From Dendrobates tinctorius (taxonomy: Eukaryota), in NCBI RefSeq assembly GCF_039654945.1, contig NW_027361870.1, forward strand, positions 27,156,001 through 27,220,000: 64,000 bases of DNA. Direction: 5' to 3'. Made by a program: the position numbers and the translations under genes. The notes beneath the pieces were generated by a model that saw only the letters and a program-made list of their open reading frames with translations, did no database searches and was not told where the DNA came from. Positions 48,777 to 58,592 of this stretch are shown piece by piece (position 1 is the first letter of the stretch; each line of letters begins with the position of its first letter).

Positions 48777-50728
48777 ACTAGAAGAAATGTGTAGAGCTAG
48801 ACAGGGAGGGGGGAGCAGGTGAATAAGCCCCGCCCAGCGGACCGGACAGCGGCAGTTTACATACATCTGAACCGATATAAAAAAGGTATTTGGGCATGAA
48901 AGGTGAGGGGTCAGGGGGAAGCAAAAGTACTAAGAGAATCCTTATGTGACACACAATTGAATGATATAATTATATGATATCTCAAAAAAGAGGTGACAGA
49001 TTCCCTTTAAGGATATCCAGCCATTGGATCCCTCCAATTCTCTTTCTGAATCATTTACCCTGCAGCATCCACTGAACGAGAAATAAGCAAAATGTTACAT
49101 CTTCCCTCATCTGTTAGGGGTCTCTGGAGTCCGACCTCCAGGGATCGGTTGATCACCGCTGTCCCGCTCACATTAAAGGGGTTGTACAGGATAAGAAAAT
49201 AGATGATTTTTTGGAAAGCAGAACTCCTCCTGGCCATGGGTTGTGTCTGGCATTATAGCACAGCTCTATTGAAGTGAATGGGCTGTAATTGCAATATTAT
49301 ACCCAACCTGTGGGCAGGAGTGGGTCTGTTGAGAAGAAAACGGTGATTTTTTTTTTTCAAAATTTCATAGAACTCCTTTAAAATATCAAATTGTTATTTC
49401 CAGTAATCCAAGTCGCAGCTCATGTCTTGTGATGCAGAAATTGCTGGGTTTTTAGCCTTTTTCACACCATTTTACACGTGCATGGTTACATACGTTTAGC
49501 TATATCAGGAGATTAGCACACTGCTCTTTGAAGCCTTGAAATCATCTATTCCAAAGTTCAAACCATTAAAAGCAGAAGGTGAAGAATTATGTAAAGTGAC
49601 GCCGGCCTTCCCACAGGCACACATTATGGCACATCCAATTAAATACCAGGGAAATTGCTACCAGGCATTTATAGGGTTAACCACAGATGGCCGCTGTGAC
49701 CTTGACAAACAACTGTGGGTATCATGGGTTTCAATCATGTGAACTTGTGGTGAGTACTATTTGGCTGAAGAGCTGCGAAACTAAAGATGTAATCTGTTAC
49801 CAGAAAAACAGAAGCATTTCAGCCATTTCTATCATCTTACTTTAGTTACTTTTACAAAAATATGTACATACAGAGTAAAAGGACTGCAAGACCCCCAAAA
49901 AATCTTACACATGGGTTGGCGCTGCAGAGAATAAAGCCGCAGTCTCATTTTAGGCTGTGGATTTTCAGGACAAATTTCAACCTTTGCAATACAAAAGGAT
50001 AAACTCTGTAGAAAATCTACAGCAATTCTACAGCAAAACCTGCACAATTTGGTACAGATCTCACTCTGCAATTTTTCCATCTTGGAAAATCTCAACCAAA
50101 TTCTGCCCATTTGGACATTCCCTAGGAAGTCCATAACCTATTTTTCATCATATATAGGGCACACGACTGTTTTTCATGTATAGCACTCGTACCCATGGTA
50201 TTCTATGGACCTGTGCACATGTCCGATATTTTCCTTGGGCCAAGTGGTCTGCAGGGGGAAAAAAAAATTGGAGCCATGTCCCAGATTTTGATCCTGGGGG
50301 TCAAATCAATATCGACAATGCAAGTCTGAGTTGTAGAAGAATATAAAACAGCATTTGGATGATAGTGTGTTGTCTAATTTTCACAGGCTGACAGAAAGGA
50401 CAAGGGGGATAAGATTTATTTTTTTTCCTCTACATATACACAAAAAAACAAAACAAAAAAAAAAAAAAACTGATGCCAGTATGATCAAAATAATCAGTCC
50501 GTTTTCACATATGTGGAGAAATCGTTCATGTGAACCTACCCTCACACTGAGGAACATCTTCACTGACCTGATGAAGGCCAAAATAGCGTCCTTTCAGCCC
50601 GTCGGTGCGGTATACAACAATTTACCATTTTTTGGCATTAAAGAACAGGAAAACATGTGGATGAAGTTAGTGAAATTATTGACATACAAGTAGAGATGAC
50701 AGCCCAGCGAGAACACACCGCACCTTTA

Positions 50729-50896
50729 GGCCAGGTTCACACACCTGATAGTTCAAATCCATGATGTACAGACCGGCCACAATCTCCTGATCAGAACTCT
50801 GTGGAGTTCGGGTTCAGAGACCTGCCGCCGGTCAAGACATCAGGGTCCGTACTTGGGACAGGGACTGTCCGGTCAGTCAGATGTGTGAAGTTGGCC
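50729..50896. mobile_element. Harbinger-type MITE, 168 bp
   Basis: TTA|GGCCAGGTTCACACACCTGA ... TCAGATGTGTGAAGTTGGCC|TTA. Confidence 0.8.
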
Positions 50897-50951
50897 TTAG
50901 TCCTACGAACATGCAAAAAAATTCCACCATTAGTAAGTGTTCTGAACATAC

Positions 50952-51093
50952 CTGCTAATGCCTTGATGCGGGATCTCTCGAAGAGCCTGGCGGAGCTGTT
51001 CTCATTGTCCCACTCGTCGTCCCAGCGATTGTTGACATCGCTGTACTGCTGTTGTATCTCAATGTTGTCAAAGTCTGTCGCGACAGCCGTCAT
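50952..51093 (-). CDS. SPTBN1: Spectrin beta, non-erythrocytic 1: first coding exon of the long isoform (whole exon 50952-51136)
   Basis: Encodes [47 protein letters not shown] (47 codons + 1 nt), matching beta-II spectrin better than SPTB or SPTBN2 as recalled. Acceptor CCCTTTTGCTTGCTTTTTCAG| ends at 51137 with a GTAAC branch-like site upstream. Phase-1 donor CAG|GTATGT at 50951. Confidence 0.95.
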
Positions 51094-53096
51094 TCTGGAC
51101 CTCCCTAACCTATCATCAGCTACAGCTCACTCAGATCTGAAAAAGCAAGCAAAAGGGACAGGAGGTTACGAGATGGGACATCTGAATAATCTGCGACATC
51201 TCAAACATTTCGGTTCCACTGCAAGTAAATAGGAGTTGACGTCCAGAGATAATGAAAAATACCCAATTATCTAAGCATGTGTACAATGCTGCTCGAGAAG
51301 AGGAACAACGTGAGTCTATGTTCACCAGAGAACTTTAGAGAAAATTCCAATTTTCCTAGTAGTTATTGAATTAGAACCAAAAGTATGTCAGAAATTATTC
51401 TGCCACTTGTACTATGAGCAAAAAGGACACCATTTTCCCCTATTTCATGGGCCGCACACCAAGTGTGATCACCAAAATAAGTGATCTTGCGGACACCTAA
51501 ATAGCCCAGCCCTTAACCCTAAGCCAAAAGTAATGAGATTGGTTCCTTTATTATACCAATAAGATAGGGGGATAACCTCCCGATCGATGGGACTCCCATC
51601 AATCCTGAGAATGGGGCTCTGAGGAGTAGTGGAGGTCGAGGCTGCGCAGCTCTGCTCATCCCGTTTGGGACTCTTAGTGTTCGTAAAGAGCTGTACTCTG
51701 CCATCACAGCCACCCCATGGAGAATATACCGAGCAGATGTGCACAAGTGCAACCTCCATTCAGATGGGATCTTATGGATAGGCAATAATTTTCAAACTTG
51801 CTACTACCCCTTCAAGGTGGTCCGGCATACCATTGGTGCAGGGGCCCAATAGGTAAGCCAAAGCAGGTGGAATTCTGCATTATGGTGAGAAATTAGACTA
51901 GAAAGGGCCATTACACTGTCCTTGTAGAGGGGTCTCTTCTGTATCCACCCCTACCCTGCGTGTTTCATCTGCGTGATACATTACCAGATTTTATGAAGTC
52001 TCATCTACACCCTGTATATTATATACATTTATGCTGGAAATTTTCCCATTTGTAATGTGAAAGGTGGAATTAGAAGAAGTTTTGCAATAAAACTGGAATA
52101 AAAAAATTGGCAAAAATCGGTGCAGATTTTACCATGGAGGAATTTCTGCAGCGGATCAGCTGGGTGTGGAGATAACCTAGTAGTGATTTGATACTATAAT
52201 GTCCCATTTATGACATAAAATGTCAAAATTAAATGGTTACAAAGAATATTGGTTAAAATACCTTTTTTATTTAGGCCCAAAATATGCAATATTACCCAAA
52301 TGTTTCCACAATAGAAAAGCAAATTGCGAGAACCATGTATTGGAAAGGAACGTGTGTACCATGTCAGATCACCTTTGCTATTTTTTCTCATATGGAAATA
52401 GTGAAATCTATTAAAAAAAAAAAAAAAAAACTTCCAAAAATTCTATTTACCTACAGGTTACCACTATATCTACTGTATATATCACTATGTCTGCAGGTAA
52501 ACAGAAAATGAATCATGTCTGCCTTACATGGAAGTGCAGGTACATGGAGAAAATTACATTCTCCCTGCAGCCGCTTGTTTCCAGGATGGTGCAGGGGTGG
52601 TTACGGTTACAGCTCTGTAATTACTCCCTGACACTGTCCAGCTCCGCAGCGTGTGTACAGAGCTGGCTGTCAATCAAGGCGTAGGGGGGAGTGGTTATAG
52701 TGTGCTCACTGTGCGGTGGCTTTTTACAGCTGCCCTTTTTTTCCTGTTGCTGTGATTGAAACATTTAATTCGTCATCACAATATATAAAAAAAAATTAAA
52801 CAGAAAATAAATAAAAAGCATATCTCCCACCATTTTTAATGAGAAAGTGTTAGAGGTATCAAGAAATTTTAGGGCTTCAATGTCAAAGTAAAGAGTTGAA
52901 ACATCAAAATTGGGAAAAAGTAGCAGGCCCGCCACCAGCTGCTTTTTGGGCGCATCAGCGTACTCCCTAATATTTGAACCCATGCTCACTCCATCTTTTG
53001 AGATTTGCCTGATTGCTCACAATCCAAGAGAAGACAGAATAAGAGTATATTTACAAAAGAGGTATGTTGTATGGGACAGATCTGCGATAACAAAAA

Positions 53097-53340
53097 GGGA
53101 TGCATGGTGGCTCAGGGGTTAGCACTAGAGCATGGCAGCGCTAGGATCCTGGGGTCAAATCCCACCAGGGATAACACATGCAAGGAGCTTGTGTGTTCTT
53201 CCCGTTTCCTCCGGGTTCCTCCCACAGTATAAAGACACTGATGATAGGGAATGTAGATTGTGAGCCCCAATGGGGACAGCGATGCCGATATCTGTAAAAT
53301 GCTATGGAATATGACGGCACTATATAAAGGGAATACAATA
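53097..53340 (+). mobile_element. tRNA-derived SINE (V-SINE-like) with L2-derived 3' tail
   Basis: A box TGGCTCAGGGG (53108-53118) and B box GGGTCAAATCCC (53152-53163). Central TTTCCTCCGGG..CCTCCCACA..AAAGACA domain. The tail CTGTAAAATGCTATGGAATATGACGGCACTATATAA resembles the 3' end of the L2 at ~58610-58650. Confidence 0.85.
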
Positions 53341-56044
53341 AAACACTTTTTTTTTTTTTTTTTTTTTTTTATACAATTTGCATTCCAAATAGCTGGTGGA
53401 ATTACCTTTCGAGTGATATTTTTAACATTCTCAGATTTCATCAATGTTACCATCCATTTCCTGCATAGAAATGTAACTCCGCTATGAAATGAAGAACAAA
53501 TTAATATAAATCGCAAACTCCTCTGCTACAATAATGCTGGTGCCAACGCAACCTGAAAGGTTTCTGGGAAAACACATTAGTCTCTGTGCCAATCCCGGCA
53601 CAAGAAAGCGGCCATTGTAAGACCTTTTCTTTACAGCCCCAGGACTGGCAGGAGCCGCGGATTTACAGCTCGCACAATGTCACAGCTTTTTTGTGAGTCT
53701 CAGGAAACGGCTTTTCATGAATGTCACACGACTCAAGAATATCTTTAGAAATGTAAGTGCATGTTTACAGACTAGTCACTGACCTCTGCTCTGCATCCAG
53801 TAACTCTCCTCTACGTATATACATAGAATAAAGACAACGAGTGACAACGCCGGGCACAGGACGTCCATTGTATGCAACGTTAAGAGTCAACTTCCCCGGT
53901 ACATTATTGTCATGGTGAATAAAGTGCGCTTTATGGGAGGGGAAAAATAATTCTTTTCCTTAAAACCAATTATCCCAAACCTCTCTGCATCATCACCCAT
54001 CACAACATAATGGGCCGACATCAGCGACTTTTCTGCTGAATGGAGGCAGTTCTGAACCACGGGAGGAAGCCACGGCCACGTATTTCCGAAGAGTACAGGC
54101 GGCGATCTTCACAATCTCACTCATTATTTCTACATTACAAATATAAAGCTTTATTCGGCTGGATTCACAGTATTTCGTCTTGTGCTAGGTTTTCGTTTAT
54201 GTTTTTTAAGCGGTTTCATTACGGCCACATGTTACTCTCTCTCTAGTAAGGTGTAAAATTCGCAACATACAAAGTTTCGACTTGCGCCATTTGTCGGGAG
54301 TGGTTTTCTGACGTTGTACCAATAGGCTTCTCTGAACTGAAGCCGGTTTGGTGATCTCTGCCAAGTATGGCTTCTCCAATCCTCCCTCTCCACCCAGGGA
54401 AACCGGGCGAGCCAATAAATATCCCCTGTAGCAGCTGCCCAATAATGTAACCTCTAATTTGGGTCACAGAAAGGGGACGCAAGTAGTGTAGCCCCTTTCT
54501 GGATGATCTAAAAGGTCAAATGGACAGAGGTGAGATTTCGGCACCTTCAGGGATCCACGTAAAAGGGTGCAATTGGGCCCATAACATTTTTTACCTGCAC
54601 ACCATTGGATTAATGCCCCGGATATCGCACCTGCCTTACAAAACAACCTTACTACATAAAGCGGACAGACTGACCTGCAAGTCAATAGTATAAAGGAAAT
54701 GATCTTCCATTTTGCGCTGTAGCAATGATGGAAACATTGACATATGACGTTTGGAAGAAGAGAATACATTAGCTATATTTCCACTGAAGTCATTTTCAGC
54801 AGACCATGCAAAATGCTGGACAGCGTCCAATATCATCTACTCCACCCAGGATCAAAGACGCAGTTATTGATCCAGGAACAGATGAGCACAAGACACTGAC
54901 CAACCCCATGAGAATTGGTCCTCGAGCTCATTCTGAAATTAATTTATTAAACCACTAGTAAAAGTGGAGAAGATCCAAATTATTTTATACCGTGCAAAAT
55001 ATCTACTGAAGAGCAGCAGCCTGACAAAATATTGTAGTCGGATTCTAAAAAAAACCTCTGAAGGCAACATTGACTCAAGAATCTAGGAGAATCTTCAAAA
55101 GAGGTTCTCCAGGACTTATTTTTAACTATGGGCATAAAAACAGGCAGACAGTTGCCATCTACGTAACTGTGGTACCTGGCACGCACAAGCTCAGAACGGT
55201 CACAGACTGCTCCTGCTGGCTATCAGCAGAAGCCACTGAATCGCTGGCAGGAGCAGTCGGTGACAAGAGAGATCGGCAGCAGACAACAGGCAGGGAGTTA
55301 GCAACTACCTGCAGGTTAGTATTTAAACACTGGGGGTGTGGCCTAGCTCACAGACATGTGAGACAGGTTTCTTGGGAGCTCTGAAGGGACACCTCAAAAT
55401 CTGACTTAACTCAACTTCAGCAAGCCATCCTGCCTCCAAATATCTCTGAGTCCTTCTGGCACTATGAGGATACTTTTGGCTCCAAAAGATATCATCTAAA
55501 TCAACTTTTGAGAGAAGATGGGTATTGAGGCCCACATCCTCACCAGACCTCACTTCTGGGCCTGCCAGTACTTACACCACAGGATTTCTACCTTAAGAAC
55601 CCCTCAAATTCTGCAAGGCATCACCGATGAGGCACCTATCTGCAACCCCCAGGACCCTCTAATCTTCATCTGGGCTCCAACAGAAGGAAAAAGCCACAAA
55701 AAGCGAGAATTAGGCCGCCGCCAGCCCCAGATCGCAGCTGCGACCCTGCGTCGGAAGACCAGGACAACAGACCCTCACAGCAGTTCTACAATGATTCAGC
55801 GGTGAAGAGGACGAGTGACATCTCAGCTGTCACCCCTTCTCAGGAACTGGGACGGCGACTCACACTGTGGCTCCTTTGGGAGAACGGGGTGCGATTGTGA
55901 GTATAGCGCTCACCGACTTCACCGCTTGCCACCCCCTTGGGCGACTTCTCCAGCAGTTTGACTACCTCCATCAGCTCCCGGGGCTTTGCCGTGCGGGGCT
56001 CTGTGGTGGCAGCTGTGGCGCCTCCAGTGCGAGATAAACCCCTC

Positions 56045-56475
56045 CCACCTCTACTGCAGCCGGCCCTTGTTCTCCCTGGCGACCCCGCTGCGTCTCTAAC
56101 TCACGCAGCCTGCTCGTCCCTTCTGGAGCTGCAGGGACATCTCCACCTCCCTGCGGTAGCGGCGGAGAGGCTCACTAGCTGATTACAGGCGACCGTCTTC
56201 AGCTTTGAGGGGAGAGCTTCCTTTACATGCAAGCTGTGATATCTGCCTATAAAACGTGACGCAGCTGCGGCGTCTCCGGGAGCACGGGGGAAACTCCTAC
56301 TTTTGCTTTCGGTTTCACTGTAGCCGACTCCCGCTCTCCCCGGCGATCCCCGCTGCGTACTTATAACTGTCGCTGCCTGCTCATCCCTTCTGGAGCTGCG
56401 GGGACTTCTCCATCCCCCTGTAGCAGTGGTGGAGAGGCCCACAGAGTATATACAATTTACAGTCTTCAGTCCCAT
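56045..56475 (+). repeat. Imperfect GC-rich direct duplication (period ~265 bp), candidate L1 5' UTR monomers
   Basis: GGCGACCCCGCTGCG...CCCTTCTGGAGCTGC.GGGAC.TCTCCA...GGAGAGGC occurs at ~56078-56172 and ~56342-56438. Confidence 0.7.
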
Positions 56476-57233
56476 ATAACGGATCTCTTTCTGCATCAAA
56501 GTTGCGACTTCCAATCACAGCACCTACATCCCCTGCATCTCCTAAGCTGTTTACATATACTTTAACAGTAAATTGATTCACAGGTGATTGCTCCTGGGTC
56601 ACAACTAGTTCTTAGGACCTCATTGTTCCGAGTGACGCTAGGTCCAACTGTGATAAGGACCTACTTACATTAGCCTAACAGCGCCTGGTGATCTCTGTTG
56701 CGACATCCTTTGGGATCCTATTTTAGTTCGCAGCTGCGATCTCAACAATAATTAAAGAACCTACTACAACCTTAGAAGAGACCCCAAATTCTGCATTGGC
56801 ATCCCTTCTGGACCTAATCCTAGTGTCTCTGAGATTAAAGCACTTAAGTTGTTGCACCTAGTAGCCTGAACTATTATACTGAAAGTTTAGTTTATACACC
56901 TCTTGGGTCAACTCAGCTACTTTGTGGATCAATATTGACTTTCTTGTGGAATTTACCTTAATTCTAGTATATTCCATGATAGATTCTAGTAACTGCTACA
57001 TCCGTATATGATGTGAATAACTCTGGTAACCTTTAGTGATTCTAGTGTTTTCTAACCCGAATTTTACTGTAGTATATTTCGTCATATTGTTATCACTCTG
57101 TAGAATTGTACTGCAGGAATCACTTCTCTTCTTGTTCTGCCATCAATCCAGCCAAGACGAGTGACCCAAGACAAAGAGGTAATTTTGTTATAATTTAGAG
57201 GGGAGTACACGAATTCTACTTAACATACACACA

Positions 57234-58330
57234 ATGAAAAATTCCAGGTCACTCGTAAAGTCTAATACCCCATCTTCCCACAAACCATGTAGAAAAAATT
57301 ACCATTCAAACGACCAAGCTAAGGTCCTTAGCCCACTCAAATCTAGGTCTCCGCTAAAGAGAGAAGAGATTCTTTTGGGATCTAAACTCTTGAGTCAAAA
57401 TAGGCCTGAAACCACCCACTCTAAAAAGAATCTCCTATCCGATGAGATGGACTTATCACTCAATTCCAAAAGACAAACCCCAGGGTCTTGGGGAGAGAAA
57501 CACTCTGCCTTATCTAGAGAAGCCTCAGAAGAGGATGAGGATTCAAGCGATTACTCCCCTAATATCAGTCCAGTTAAAAATAAGCCTAGACTGGACGCTC
57601 CCCAACAAGACTATAACTCTAATTTCCCTCCTCTCTCTGCGTCCAAAGCTGGTCAAACCCTCTCTATTGATAACATTGAACATCTCCTAAATAAACTAAG
57701 GGTACCGTTACACTTAGCGATGCACCAGCGTCCCAACAACGATATGGATCGCTGGTGCATCGCTAAGTGGTCGCTAGTGAGCTGCCACACAGGCAGATCT
57801 CACCAGCGACATAGCAGGGGTCGGGGGTTGTTACTTACCTGTCAGACGCAGCGATCCTCCCGCCCGAGTCCACGCGTCGCTCGTCGGCGCCACAGGAAGC
57901 TTCCGACGAGAAATGGTCCAGGACGTTCTTGCGCGACCAGCGATGAGCAGCGGGGGAGCCAGTCGGAGGTAAGTATCAGACATAGCGATATCGCTAGAAA
58001 TTGAATCTCCTAGGGATACAATTCAGATTCATTTCTTTAAAACAAAAGGAGAAAATTCAGCAATACCTAAAGTCAGAGAAGACCTTCCCAGAACCCTTTC
58101 AAGGTCTAAAGACTTTTGCAGATTTATCCAAGGAAACATTGGATCTACGGAGGTCCTTCCACAAAATCACTGCAGCCCTTAGGGATAAAGAGATCCATTA
58201 CACATGGGGTTTTCCCCTTAAGTTACTAATCCACTTCAGGGGTAAAACTATACCAATATTCTCCCCGGAAGAAGGGGCAAACTTCCTGAGATCTCTGGCT
58301 GAGCCTTCCCACTCCAGGGACAATAGATGA
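57234..58330 (+). pseudogene. L1-clade ORF1 remnant, disrupted by a MITE and a deletion
   Basis: The C-terminal block FADLSKETLDLRRSFHKITAALRDKEIHYTWGFPLKLLI...SPEEG is typical of L1 ORF1p. The basic/Ser-rich N-terminus starts at ATG 57234. Confidence 0.75.
57700..57998. mobile_element. Harbinger-type MITE fragment inside L1 ORF1 (right end lost)
   Basis: TAA|GGGTACCGTTACACT start, AGCGA/TCGCT-rich interior, and a CpG-rich core between TACTTACCTG and GAGGTAAGTAT. Confidence 0.65.
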
Positions 58331-58592
58331 ATAGATTACTCACTTACATAGGTTTTGCTTACATCAAGCACACCTGGCTTGCTTTACCTCAACAATGAGG
58401 TTATACCCAAAAATTCCCAACCACGTATTATACCCCCATTAGGTTAGAAGTACCTTTCTTTTGAGCAAGGCACCTATTGGAGAACTTTACACAGTTCTTC
58501 TGGTTCGAGACTACAGTACTGTAGGCACCTAAATTCATTGTTTATGCTATAAGTATACTGTTTGGTGCACTCCGTGCTTGAAGTTGGTTGTT

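Larger units (their letters stand above)
47477..49006. mobile_element. Palindromic Kolobok/T2-type MITE inserted in the CR1 (carries a nested insertion)
   Basis: TTAA TSD at 47473-47476 and 49007-49010. Ends AGGGAATCTGTCACC / GGTGACAGATTCCCT. ~220-bp inverted arms at 47477-47697 and 48789-49006. Confidence 0.92.
45430..49035 (-). mobile_element. 5'-truncated CR1 LINE (ORF2 RT region and 3' tail), interrupted at 47477-49006
   Basis: ORF 45814-47103 has [50 protein letters not shown] and RPHLEYC. The (ATTCTATG)-type 3' tail is at 45430-45450. The reading IQWLDILKDKNVQEVW is restored across the TTAA insertion. Confidence 0.95.

Noticed and set aside
50565-50610. Other CTGATGA motifs as hammerheads (also ~34115 and ~35692)
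   Set aside because: No stem II followed by GAAA and an NUH site in the required arrangement.
50791-50951. C-terminal half of the 100-aa ORF 50791-51093
   Set aside because: Spectrin similarity stops at the GTATGT donor (50951). The remainder is intron and MITE.
53097-53170. tRNA gene
   Set aside because: A and B boxes are present, but no convincing cloverleaf was seen and it continues into SINE body and L2-like tail.
57234-58004. 256-aa ORF as a novel gene
   Set aside because: It is a chimera of the L1 ORF1 N-terminus and read-through into a MITE starting at 57700.
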